Source: an uncultured Clostridia bacterium (lineage in GTDB: Bacteria; Bacillota; Clostridia; Christensenellales; CAG-917). Taken from it: a stretch of DNA of 64,000 nucleotides. The notes below the pieces were generated by a model that did not search any database, had not been told where the DNA came from, and saw only the letters and a program-made list of their open reading frames with translations. The translations under genes and the position numbers were made by a program. This document shows positions 7,747-16,570 of this stretch, piece after piece; position 1 is the stretch's first letter, and each line of letters begins with the position of its first letter. The stretch covers positions 88,504 to 152,503 of the forward strand of contig CALVKR010000004.1 in NCBI GenBank assembly GCA_944332995.1, in the 5' to 3' direction.

Positions 7747-8919
7747 TCAGATTCTGGCAACTTTGGTATCTCTTGCCGCCTTTGCGACTGCTGCGGCTAC
7801 CGTCTTGCCCACTCTTTCGTCAAACGCTTTAGGCAAGATATAGTCAGGTTCGAGTTCGCTGTCGGAAACGAGCGACGCTATGGCTTCTGCCGCCGCAATC
7901 TTCATTTCCTCGTTGATTTCCTTAGCTCTTACGTCAAGAGCGCCTCTGAAAATACCGGGGAATGCCAAAACGTTGTTGATTTGGTTGGGGAAGTCGCTTC
8001 TGCCCGTTCCTACCACGACTGCACCCGCTTTCTTTGCCTCGTCGGGCATGATTTCCGGCGTCGGATTTGCCATAGCCATGACGATTGCGCCCTTATTCAT
8101 TGAAGAAACCATATCGGGGGTAACGAGTCCGGGACCGCTGACGCCGATAAAGATATCTGCGCCCTTCATGGCGTCCGCAAGCGTACCCTGCCTACCCGTC
8201 TTGTTGGTGAATTCGGCAATCTTCATCTTGTCGGGGGTGATGCCTTCTCTCGACTTGGAGATAATGCCCTTTCTGTCGCACATGACGATATCCTTTACGC
8301 CCTTAGAGTCGAGAAGTCTTGCGATTGCAACGCCTGCGGCACCTGCGCCGCTGAAGACTACCGAGCAATCTTTAAGATCTTTTTTGACAACTTTGAGTGC
8401 GTTGAGTATCGCCGCCATACACACGACGGCAGTTCCGTGCTGGTCGTCGTGGAAAATGGGGATATCCGTGCATGCCTTGAGCTTTTCTTCTATCTCGAAG
8501 CAACGGGGAGCGGAAATATCCTCGAGGTTTACGCCGCCAAAGCTACCCGAGATAAGCTGAATTGTTTTGACAATCTCGTCAACGTCCTTTGATTTGACGC
8601 AAAGCGGAAATGCGTCGACGTCGCCGAACGCCTTGAACAGGACGCATTTGCCTTCCATAACCGGCATACCTGCTTCGGGTCCGATATCGCCGAGTCCCAA
8701 AACGGCGGTGCCGTCGGTAACGACAGCCACCATGTTCCAGCGACGGGTGAGTTCGTAAGACTTGTTGACGTCTTTTTGAATTTCAAGACAGGGTTGCGCT
8801 ACACCGGGGGTGTAAGCAAGCGACAACTCGTCTTTAGTGGAAACGGACGCACGGGGAACAACCTCGATTTTTCCTTTCCAATTGTAGTGACATTTTAATG
8901 ACTCTTCTGCGTAGTTCAT
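7747..8919 (-). CDS. NAD(P)-dependent malic enzyme (short form)
   Basis: LSLAYTPGVAQPCLEI..VAVVTDGTAVLGLGDIGPEAGMPVMEGKCVLFKAFGDVDAFP..FSGAGAAG..NPTPEI. Confidence 0.9.
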   Translation of the reverse strand: MNYAEESLKCHYNWKGKIEVVPRASVSTKDELSLAYTPGVAQPCLEIQKDVNKSYELTRRWNMVAVVTDGTAVLGLGDIGPEAGMPVMEGKCVLFKAFGDVDAFPLCVKSKDVDEIVKTIQLISGSFGGVNLEDISAPRCFEIEEKLKACTDIPIFHDDQHGTAVVCMAAILNALKVVKKDLKDCSVVFSGAGAAGVAIARLLDSKGVKDIVMCDRKGIISKSREGITPDKMKIAEFTNKTGRQGTLADAMKGADIFIGVSGPGLVTPDMVSSMNKGAIVMAMANPTPEIMPDEAKKAGAVVVGTGRSDFPNQINNVLAFPGIFRGALDVRAKEINEEMKIAAAEAIASLVSDSELEPDYILPKAFDERVGKTVAAAVAKAARDTKVARI

Positions 8920-8947
8920 ATTTACTCCTTATATAAAAAGTTTTTTA

Positions 8948-10057
8948 CTATTTTTCCCACGGGAAGACGTATTGGGTGAGCTTGAGGTCGTCACGGACTT
9001 TGCTCAGTTCCTTTTGGACAGCCTCGTTGATAGGCACGCCCTTGTCTTTCCTTTCACACCAGACGTCCCACTCCTTTTCGCCTGCGGTATAGATGCGGTC
9101 TTGTCCGGGAGCCTTTTGCGAGTTGCGGAGCGCTCTCATGATATCGCCTGCCGTCTTTTTGAAGGAATCTAATCCCATAAAGGCGTTGGTGTCGATGGCT
9201 ATAAAGAAGTGTCCGAGGTGATAAGGCACGTTTTCGCCCTTTTCGTTTTTGCCCGTAAGCGCAGTGAGGAAGTTTCCTGCCTGAAGCGCCGCCGACAAAA
9301 CTTCCACGACGGTGGCATAGCCGTAACCTTTATATCCTGCGAGCTCCTCGCCCACTCCGCCGAGAGGCGCAAGAGCCGCTTTTCCCGTGTTGAGGTCGAT
9401 AAGAATCTGATTGCTGTCGGTAAGCTCCGAGCCGTCACGGCCTATGACCATACCTTTGGGCGTATCCTTGCCTATACGGGCGTAATATTCGATTTTGCCT
9501 CTTTGCGAAATTGAGGTAGCACAGTCGAGAATGAACGGAAATTCCTCATCTGTCGGGAAACCGATGGTAAGAGGGTTTGTGCCGAGCATATTTTCCACGC
9601 CGAACGTGGGTGCAATGGACGGACGGGCATTTGTTCCCGTAATTCCTATCATACCCTCTTTGATTGCCATGGACGGGTAATATCCTGCGATACCGTAGTG
9701 ACAGCTGTTGCGGACGGCCACCATGCCCATTCCGTATTTTTTAGCTTTTTCGATTGCCATTTTCATGGCTTTATATCCGATAACCTGTCCCATACCGTCG
9801 TGTCCGTCGACAACTGCGGTGGTGGGAGTTTCTCTTATAACTTCAAAATTGGTGACGGGGTTTTGAATACCTATATTGATGCGGTCGATGTAAATGGGTT
9901 TAAAACGGTTGCAACCGTGCGACTCGATACCGCGTCTGTCCGATTCGAGCAAAACGTCGGTGCATATCTCGGCGTCCTCTCGGGGAACACCGACTCCGAC
10001 AAAAGCGTCGGTGATGAAATTTTGGGCTGTTTCCCAATCTAAAGTAACTTTTGGCAT
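8948..10057 (-). CDS. Ldh2-family malate/L-lactate/sulfolactate-type dehydrogenase
   Basis: LLESDRRGIESHGCNRF..GMGMVAVRNSCHYGIAGYY..GTNPLTIGFP..GYKGYGYA is typical of the Ldh_2 family. Confidence 0.8.
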   Translation of the reverse strand: MPKVTLDWETAQNFITDAFVGVGVPREDAEICTDVLLESDRRGIESHGCNRFKPIYIDRINIGIQNPVTNFEVIRETPTTAVVDGHDGMGQVIGYKAMKMAIEKAKKYGMGMVAVRNSCHYGIAGYYPSMAIKEGMIGITGTNARPSIAPTFGVENMLGTNPLTIGFPTDEEFPFILDCATSISQRGKIEYYARIGKDTPKGMVIGRDGSELTDSNQILIDLNTGKAALAPLGGVGEELAGYKGYGYATVVEVLSAALQAGNFLTALTGKNEKGENVPYHLGHFFIAIDTNAFMGLDSFKKTAGDIMRALRNSQKAPGQDRIYTAGEKEWDVWCERKDKGVPINEAVQKELSKVRDDLKLTQYVFPWEK

Positions 10058-10309
10058 AATTTTCTCCTTAAAATAGTTTTTTAAACTTATTCAAGTATAA
10101 CACCAAAAAAATGAAATGTCTATGTCAAGTTTAAAAAAATTGGAGCATATTGCTAAAAATTTACTGATTAAAATTTCCCTTTTTTTCTTTTGAAATTGCT
10201 TTTTGTAAAAAACGTGCAAAAGGCATATCCGACGCTGCGATAAATTGCCTTGAAGATATTAAAACCGCCCATTGCTATATACTACGCACATAGCGGAGCG
10301 GTTTAAACG

Positions 10310-10352
10310 CATAAAAAGGAAACAGACCGATTGATAAACAATCGGCCTGTTT
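10310..10352 (-). terminator. intrinsic terminator after the MreB-like pair
   Basis: Minus sense AACAGGCCGATTG-TTTATC-AATCGGTCTGTT followed by TCCTTTTTAT. Confidence 0.7.
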
Positions 10353-10374
10353 TTGGGAACCACATGTATGGCGA

Positions 10375-11421
10375 TTAATCAACAGGATTAATCAAGTAGT
10401 AGCCTCTGTTCTTCAAAAGAACTTTCGTTCCTTCGACAACTGCGGTGAGCGGTTGAGCGCAGATTTCAACAGGAAGTGAAACTGCTTCTTCCAAGAATTC
10501 CTTGAGTCCGGGGATTTGCGAGCCGCCGCCGTCGCAGATGATACCTGCGTCGACAAGGTCAGCAGACAATTCAGGAGGCGTGATTTCGAGAACGTTTCTG
10601 ATAACGCTTACGATTTCAGCCATGACCGGCAAGACAACCATTCTTATTTCCTGCGAGTTGACTTCGGTTGACGACGGAACACCTTTCATAAGGTCACGTC
10701 CGCAGACTCTCATCGTACGGTCGTCGTCAGCATACAAAGTGATAAGTTCTTTTTTGACTTTTTCAGCAGTCATAGGTCCGATAACCAAGTTGTGGTTTTT
10801 GTGGACGTATTTGATGATTTCGTTATCGATATAGTTACCTGCTATACGGATTGACTGAGAAAGAACAACGTCACCGAGAGCAAGAACGCCAACGTCGGTA
10901 GTACCGCCGCCGATATCGCAAACCATAACCGCTTTGGAGTTGTAGATGTCGTTACCGGAACCGATAGCACCTGCCTTGATTTCTTCTTCAATGAATACGT
11001 CGTTGATACCCATCTCGACAGCAAGCTGTTTCATAGCTTCTCTTTCAATCTGCGTAACCTCGGACGGGCAGCAGATAAGGCAGAGAGCGTTTTGAATGTT
11101 TTTGATGTTGTTGACTCTGGTGAAGCAGTATTTAAGGAGTGCTTTTGCTGCTTCCATATCGGAAATAACACCTTCACGGAGAGGACGGCAAACTTTGATG
11201 TGGCTGTGAGTTTTACCAATCATTGAGTATGCGTCTTGTCCACCGGCGATGACTTCGCCCGTTTCAACGTCGAATGCGACTACCGACGGCTCATTGAAGA
11301 TGATGCCGTGTCCTTGAACGTAAATCAAGAGGTTGGTTGTACCGAGGTCGATACCTATACCGAGTTTTTTGTTTTTGTCGTCAGATGCCTGATCAAAAAC
11401 CAAATTAAATTGCTTTTTCAT
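10375..11421 (-). CDS. MreB/Mbl-family actin-like protein, paralog 2
   Basis: IGIDLGTTNLLIY, CDIGGGTTDVGV, TPPELSADLVDAGIICDGGGSQIPGL. It has a 20-aa N-terminal extension and the C-terminal tail LLKNRGYYLINPVD. Confidence 0.85.
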   Translation of the reverse strand: MKKQFNLVFDQASDDKNKKLGIGIDLGTTNLLIYVQGHGIIFNEPSVVAFDVETGEVIAGGQDAYSMIGKTHSHIKVCRPLREGVISDMEAAKALLKYCFTRVNNIKNIQNALCLICCPSEVTQIEREAMKQLAVEMGINDVFIEEEIKAGAIGSGNDIYNSKAVMVCDIGGGTTDVGVLALGDVVLSQSIRIAGNYIDNEIIKYVHKNHNLVIGPMTAEKVKKELITLYADDDRTMRVCGRDLMKGVPSSTEVNSQEIRMVVLPVMAEIVSVIRNVLEITPPELSADLVDAGIICDGGGSQIPGLKEFLEEAVSLPVEICAQPLTAVVEGTKVLLKNRGYYLINPVD

Positions 11422-11467
11422 AATTTCTCCTTTTCCTTTTCCTTTTTAGTGATGCATGCAAAGCCGA

Positions 11468-12484
11468 TTATTCAACAGGTCTCTGCAAGTAGTTTCCTCT
11501 GTTCTTAAGCAAGTATTTCGTGCCTTCTGCGATTGAAGTCAAGCAGTTAGCGGAAATCGTGCAAGGAAGGTGTAATTCAGCTTCAAAATATTCTTTAACG
11601 CCGTCGATACAGCCGCCGCCGCCGTTAACAACGATACCTCTGTGGAGGATATCCGCCGAGAGTTCCGGAGGCGTCTTTTCCAAAGTGGCGAGAATGGTGT
11701 GCTTAATCCTTTCAAAAGCACGGAGCATGATTTCGCGGACTTCGCCTTGAGTGATGGTGATGGTCGCAGGTTGTCCTTGTGACAAATGTCTACCGGAAGC
11801 CTGGCAAACCTTCTCCTCGCCGGTGATGGGAGCCAAGGTTGCGAGTTCAAACTTAACTCTTTCTGCCGTTCTGTCACCTATCAACAGGTTGTAATGTTGT
11901 TTGATGTACTTTGCAATTTCGCTATCGAAATATCTACCTGCAACACGGATAGAATCCCAAACAACGAGGTCACCGCAAGACAAAACGCCGATATCGGTAG
12001 AACCGCCACCGATGTCAACTATCATCGAGCCCTCAGTCGTGTAGATGTCGCAACCTGCGCCGATAGCGCCGGCTTTAACTTCCTGTTCGATAAATACGTC
12101 GACTATGCCCAAATCGTGCGCTAAGTTGATGAGTGCGGCACGCTCAACAACGGTAATTTCCGACGGGCAGCAGAGCAAGATGGTGGAGTTTTTCCAATCG
12201 ATATCATCTACTCTGTCAAGTTTCGAGAAAATGTACTCAAGCAAGGACTTAGTCGCGTCAAGGTCTGCGACAACACCGCCTTCGAGAGGTTTGACGACAC
12301 GGATTTTATCGTGAGTCTTACCCATCATCATTTTGGCAGAATGTCCGCAAGCAATACATTTCTTTGTTGCTCTATCGTAAGCGACGTAGGAAGGCTCATT
12401 AAAGACAATACCTTGTTTTGCTATATAAACCAAAGTATTGGCGGTACCCAAGTCGATTCCGATTTTCAATGCTTCTTTTGCCAT
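11468..12484 (-). CDS. MreB/Mbl-family actin-like protein, paralog 1
   Basis: IGIDLGTANTLVY, VDIGGGSTDIGV, TPPELSADILHRGIVVNGGGGCIDGV. The C-terminal tail is LLKNRGNYLQRPVE. GGAGGA SD. Confidence 0.85.
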   Translation of the reverse strand: MAKEALKIGIDLGTANTLVYIAKQGIVFNEPSYVAYDRATKKCIACGHSAKMMMGKTHDKIRVVKPLEGGVVADLDATKSLLEYIFSKLDRVDDIDWKNSTILLCCPSEITVVERAALINLAHDLGIVDVFIEQEVKAGAIGAGCDIYTTEGSMIVDIGGGSTDIGVLSCGDLVVWDSIRVAGRYFDSEIAKYIKQHYNLLIGDRTAERVKFELATLAPITGEEKVCQASGRHLSQGQPATITITQGEVREIMLRAFERIKHTILATLEKTPPELSADILHRGIVVNGGGGCIDGVKEYFEAELHLPCTISANCLTSIAEGTKYLLKNRGNYLQRPVE

Positions 12485-12685
12485 ACAAATTTTCCTCCAA
12501 AAGTTTTTGCCTTATTTCTTTTTTAAACTTAGGCTGACCCCGAATAGCCGCTTCGGGATTTTACAATATACAAACTAAACAGAATAGAAGAAAAAAAATT
12601 TTGTTAACCAAAAACAAAATTTTTGAATTTAGCTACAATGTTTTAAGTCCGATATTATAAAATTCGCCTCCGTTTTCTTGATTTT

Positions 12686-12714
12686 ATTTTATTGCCTAAA
12701 GGGGCAATTGTCAA
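12686..12714 (-). promoter_or_regulatory. sigma-A promoter of the MreB-like operon (implies a 5' UTR of about 195 nt)
   Basis: Minus sense TTGACA, 17 nt, TAAAAT, preceded by a long A/T tract. Confidence 0.55.
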
Positions 12715-12916
12715 TACCCATTTTTAAAAAAAATTAACTTTTTCACCATTTTTTTTGGTAATTCTACCTCAAAACGCTTTACTTTTGCCATTTTTTGTAT
12801 AAAATATTCCGTTTACGGTGCTAATTTGTAAAGACTTGAAAAAAATGTTCAAAAAAAACGAAAAACAAAACCTTAAAGGCAAAGGATTTAAAACGAAATC
12901 CCCCTTTTCCCTATCG

Positions 12917-12944
12917 ATAAAAAAGAGCATACGATAGTACGCTC
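12917..12944 (-). terminator. intrinsic terminator of the small 12949..13227 gene
   Basis: Minus sense GAGCGTA-CTATCG-TATGCTC followed by TTTTTTAT. Confidence 0.6.
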
Positions 12945-12948
12945 CGTT

Positions 12949-13227
12949 TTATCTTCTCTTTTTCTTCTCGGGTTCTGTGTAGAAGAACAAGTTATCCTGT
13001 TCGGTGAACATGGTCATCACGTTCTTCTTGTTTTCTCCGCCGGTCATCTTTTTGACCCACTTTTCATACTCGCGCTGTTCTTCTTCCTTGATGTCACGGC
13101 CGAGATCCTCCATCCAGACGCAATCGGCAAGGTCCTTGCGCCACCTCTTGGGGGCGTTTCCCTTTTTAACCGGCTTGTGTTTGGTTTCGATACCGAGAAT
13201 ATCTCCAAGCGTCAACTCGTCGATCAT
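12949..13227 (-). CDS. small hypothetical protein (92 aa, basic/acidic mix)
   Basis: I chose the start MIDELTLGDILG.. because GAAGGAGG lies 6 nt upstream. The upstream ORF extension has no SD. I recognise no family. Confidence 0.6.
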   Translation of the reverse strand: MIDELTLGDILGIETKHKPVKKGNAPKRWRKDLADCVWMEDLGRDIKEEEQREYEKWVKKMTGGENKKNVMTMFTEQDNLFFYTEPEKKKRR

Positions 13228-13283
13228 ATTGACCTCCTTCGGCAAAGTCGAATAAAAATTCAACCGCCTTCTTTCTTGATTAA

Positions 13284-13312
13284 ATTATACCATACCGTAT
13301 TCGGCATTTCAA
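13284..13312 (-). promoter_or_regulatory. sigma-A promoter with extended -10 for the small gene
   Basis: Minus sense TTGAAA, 17 nt ending in TGG, TATAAT. Confidence 0.6.
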
Positions 13313-13384
13313 GAGCAATTTTGTTTTATTTATTGTTTTATTTTATATATTTATGTATTTATATATAATATCCTATCTTATGTC

Positions 13385-13507
13385 TTATGCCGTAAGCGCC
13401 GATTCCCGACCTGCACCGTCTATATACCGGCAGACAAATTTTCCCTCCGCCTTAAAAGAGGGTAAAACACGAACCGGGATTAACCCTTTGGCTTGCTGTG
13501 CACGCAT
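13385..13507 (-). CDS. candidate 40-aa small ORF (MRAQQAKGLIPVRVLPSFKAEGKFVCRYIDGAGRESALTA)
   Basis: Below the ORF-track length cutoff. AAGGAGAA SD 4 nt before the ATG. It sits in a GC-rich, hairpin-rich island inside a 660-bp gene-free region. It could instead be a structured RNA. Confidence 0.3.
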   Translation of the reverse strand: MRAQQAKGLIPVRVLPSFKAEGKFVCRYIDGAGRESALTA

Positions 13508-13880
13508 AAGTTCTCCTTGCGGTTTGGCGCAATGTTTCACTCTTTCCTTTGCATACTATATTTTACTTGCCATCTTTAAACGTATATTAAATTTTTCGCA
13601 AAACCTTTTAAAACTTCCGTTTGCGCCTTTTGCGTGCCTTTAGTTTATACACCCTGCCGCAAATTTAGTTTGCACGCACCTAGACGCTTTATTTATACGC
13701 CTCGGCGCGGGTTTGGACCTCGCCGTATGCGGCTGCGTCCGATATACATTATATTCGCCCGTCCAAGACGGCGTTCCCGCTTTTGGGGTCAGAAAATGCC
13801 TTTATATCCGTCCTCTCTGTACAGGCGGCGTGCAAAAGGCAACTTTCGCTGTGCGGCCGCCCTATTTTAAAGTTTCACGT

Positions 13881-13909
13881 TTGACAAGACAGCCTGCGCC
13901 GTGTATAAT
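13881..13909 (+). promoter_or_regulatory. consensus sigma-A promoter of the CDF/phosphoesterase operon
   Basis: TTGACA, 17 nt, TATAAT. The ATG is 17 nt downstream, with a GAGGAAA SD. Confidence 0.7.
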
Positions 13910-13926
13910 AACCCCGAGGAAATATT

Positions 13927-14748
13927 ATGACCGATAAACAGTTAAAATTAACTTCCACGATAACGGGAGGCATAACCAACGCCGCTATGGCAGGAGTAAA
14001 GTTGTATATCGGGTTATTTGCCAATTCGGTAAGCGTAATATCCGACAGCATCAACAACTTCAGCGATATGTTCGGCTTTGCCGGCGCCACCGTGGGAATA
14101 GGGCTCGGGGATAAAAAGCCCACCGAAAAATTTCCTTTCGGTTTTGGCAGAATCGAATACATAGTATCTTTTCTGATTGCCGTGCTCATCCTCGTCGTGG
14201 GAGGCGTGTTCTTTTACGAATCGCTCGAAAGAGTGTTTTATCACCCGCCCATAACCTTTAGCTGGATACACTTCGGAGTGCTCGCCGCAACCGTCGTCGT
14301 AAAATTTTTGCTGTTTCTGTTTTTTTATTATATAGACAGAAAGTCTTCCTCTCCCATAATTAAAGTGGAAAAGATAGACAGCATTCTCGATACCGCGGTA
14401 ACGGCAATGACCCTACTGTCTTTCGCCCTCGCCCCCTATACTTCCGTCCCCGTGGACGGCATCGTCGGGCTTATAATTTCGGGAGTTATAATCGTGATGG
14501 GTTGCAAAACCATCGCTTTCAATTTTACCGAACTTATGGGTAAAAGACAAGACGAAGCTATTGACAAAATCAAAACTCTTTTGAAAGACTTTGTCGATAA
14601 AGAGGATATACTCGATATCAAAGTTTTCGACTACGGAAGCGGAAACGTTTTTGGCGCAGTAACCTTAAAGAAAGGCGACGTCGATTCTATTAAAGAAAAA
14701 GCGGAAAACACGCTTGGAATAAAACTTACAATCGAATTGAGGAGGTAA
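13927..14748 (+). CDS. cation diffusion facilitator (CDF) family transporter
   Basis: GLFANSVSVISDSINNFSDM..KKPTEKFPFGFGRIEYIVSFLIAVLILVVG matches the CDF TM2/TM3 pattern. Confidence 0.8.
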   Translation: MTDKQLKLTSTITGGITNAAMAGVKLYIGLFANSVSVISDSINNFSDMFGFAGATVGIGLGDKKPTEKFPFGFGRIEYIVSFLIAVLILVVGGVFFYESLERVFYHPPITFSWIHFGVLAATVVVKFLLFLFFYYIDRKSSSPIIKVEKIDSILDTAVTAMTLLSFALAPYTSVPVDGIVGLIISGVIIVMGCKTIAFNFTELMGKRQDEAIDKIKTLLKDFVDKEDILDIKVFDYGSGNVFGAVTLKKGDVDSIKEKAENTLGIKLTIELRR

Positions 14749-14750
14749 TT

Positions 14751-16424
14751 ATGAAAGACAACGAAAAAAAGGTCGACGAACAAACGGTTGAAAATACCGA
14801 AGCTACGTCGGTCGAGACGTCCGATAAGGCCGTCGAAAACACTCAGTCCGAAGTCGAAGCAGGCGGCTGCGAACAGACTGCGGGCGAGAAGAAAAAATCT
14901 TTCCTGGATTTTTTCAAAAAGAAAAAGAAATCGGACGAGGCGACTGCGGACGAGACTGATGCCGTATCAGACGGCGATTCCGCTTCGGACAAGAGCTCCG
15001 CTTCGGATAATAATAAAGACGCCGCTGTAAATTCTGCGAACGAGGGTGAATCCGTCACGGCTGAAAACGGCGAATCTTCCGAGGACGGTTCCGACAAAAA
15101 GAAAAAGAAAAAAAGAAAGAAATGGAAAGAGCTCACCAAAGAGGAAAAGAAAAAGAAGGGCATCAGAGCCATTATCATAACAAGCTCCGTCGTGGGCGCT
15201 TTCTTACTCTTTATTTGCATCTGCGCCATCATCAGTGCGGTGGGCACAAAGGCTAACTTTGAAAAGGCGGCAAGCGTCGAATACGTCGGCTCGGACTTCA
15301 CCATGGTTGAGGAATTCGATCCGATGAACGCCGCTCAGAACACGGTAGGATACGATGAAGAGCTCGGCTGCTATACCTTTGTAACGGACGACGACTTCGT
15401 TGTCCTTCAACTCACCGATATCCACATCGGCGCAGGAGCGTTTTCCACTAAAAAGGACGCAAACGCCATATCGGCGGTAGCCACTTTGGTTCAGACGGTC
15501 AAACCCGACCTCGTCATAGCCACGGGCGATATAGCCTATCCCGTCGTATTCCAGGCAGGAACGAGCAACAATATGCGCAGTGCGGAAATGTTTGCCAAAC
15601 TCATGAACAGCCTCGGCGTATATTGGACAATCACCTTCGGCAATCACGACACGGAAGCATACAGCCTTTACGACAGAGAGGATATTGCAAGAGAAGTTTA
15701 CAGCAACCCCATATATAAACGTTGCCTCTTCTCGACGGGTCCTTCAAACGTTGACGGATATTCAAACCACTATATCAACGTTCAGAATACACAGGGCAAA
15801 ATCACTCAGACATTCTATATGATTGACTCTCACAGCTACACCGACGGCGATATCTTCGGCCTTGCGTGGAAATACGATAAGATACACGACAATCAGGTCG
15901 CTTGGTACGAAACAAAGGTTGAATTGATGAATCAGACCAACGTCGACAGAGGCGTTGCGGTAACGGGCGACGTGGTAAAATCGCTCTGCTTCTTCCACAT
16001 TCCGCTCACAGAGTATTCCGACGCCTGGAACGAGTTTATCAAAAACGACCACAAGAACACCGAAAACGTCACTTACTACTACGGAGTCGCAGGCGAGTCG
16101 GGCGAAAAATGCTATCCCGGTAAAGAGGGCGGAAAACTCTTTGACGCCGTACTCGAGCACGGAAGCACTCAAGGTATCTTCTGCGGACACGACCACTACA
16201 ACACCTTCTCGATTGAATATAAAGGCATAAGACTTACTTACGGTATGAGCATCGACTATCTCGCATACATAGGCATTATGAAAGACACGGCTCAGAGAGG
16301 CGGCACGCAAATTACGGTAAGCTCGGACGGTTCTTTCGACGTCACGCCCGTTCCGTATTTCAGCATAAAGGACGACGGAAGCTACGACAACGACTATATG
16401 TATAAGTATTGGAAGCAAGCCTGA
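14751..16424 (+). CDS. membrane-anchored metallophosphoesterase with a long disordered N-terminus
   Basis: LTDIHIG, ATGDIAYP, FGNHDTE, FFHIPL, CGHDHYN are calcineurin-like motifs. There is one TM (IIITSSVVGAFLLFICICAII). The start is 2 nt after the CDF stop, with a GAGGAGG SD. Confidence 0.85.
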   Translation: MKDNEKKVDEQTVENTEATSVETSDKAVENTQSEVEAGGCEQTAGEKKKSFLDFFKKKKKSDEATADETDAVSDGDSASDKSSASDNNKDAAVNSANEGESVTAENGESSEDGSDKKKKKKRKKWKELTKEEKKKKGIRAIIITSSVVGAFLLFICICAIISAVGTKANFEKAASVEYVGSDFTMVEEFDPMNAAQNTVGYDEELGCYTFVTDDDFVVLQLTDIHIGAGAFSTKKDANAISAVATLVQTVKPDLVIATGDIAYPVVFQAGTSNNMRSAEMFAKLMNSLGVYWTITFGNHDTEAYSLYDREDIAREVYSNPIYKRCLFSTGPSNVDGYSNHYINVQNTQGKITQTFYMIDSHSYTDGDIFGLAWKYDKIHDNQVAWYETKVELMNQTNVDRGVAVTGDVVKSLCFFHIPLTEYSDAWNEFIKNDHKNTENVTYYYGVAGESGEKCYPGKEGGKLFDAVLEHGSTQGIFCGHDHYNTFSIEYKGIRLTYGMSIDYLAYIGIMKDTAQRGGTQITVSSDGSFDVTPVPYFSIKDDGSYDNDYMYKYWKQA

Positions 16425-16445
16425 AATCAAACGGTTTAAAACTTA

Positions 16446-16472
16446 AAAAGCGCCGCTAAGCGGCGTTTTTTA
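16446..16472 (+). terminator. intrinsic terminator
   Basis: GCGCCGC-TAA-GCGGCGT followed by TTTTTAT. Confidence 0.75.
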
Positions 16473-16524
16473 TTGCCTTTTTTAAATTGAAACTTTGTTT
16501 TGAAACAAAAAACTTTTTAGACGC

Positions 16525-16553
16525 TTGACAATCCGCCCCGTCCGTCTTATCTT
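16525..16553 (+). promoter_or_regulatory. candidate sigma-A promoter of rex
   Basis: TTGACA, 17 nt, TATCTT. Confidence 0.4.
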
Positions 16554-16570
16554 TAAAGCGGAGGCGGAAT

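Noticed and set aside
13634-13937. Arg-rich ORFs 13634..13870 and 13713..13937 in the gene-free island.
   Set aside because: They have no SD and an extreme R/P/Y composition typical of out-of-frame GC-rich sequence. The second overlaps the consensus CDF promoter.
16483-16507. TTGAAAC..TTGTTTTGAAACAA upstream of rex, considered as a Rex operator. Also TTGTTAACCAAAAACAA at 12601..12617.
   Set aside because: The half-site spacing and sequence do not fit the 18-20 nt TTGTGAA-N4-6-TTCACAA / TTGTTAA-N4-TTAACAA consensus. A/T-rich chance matches are likely.
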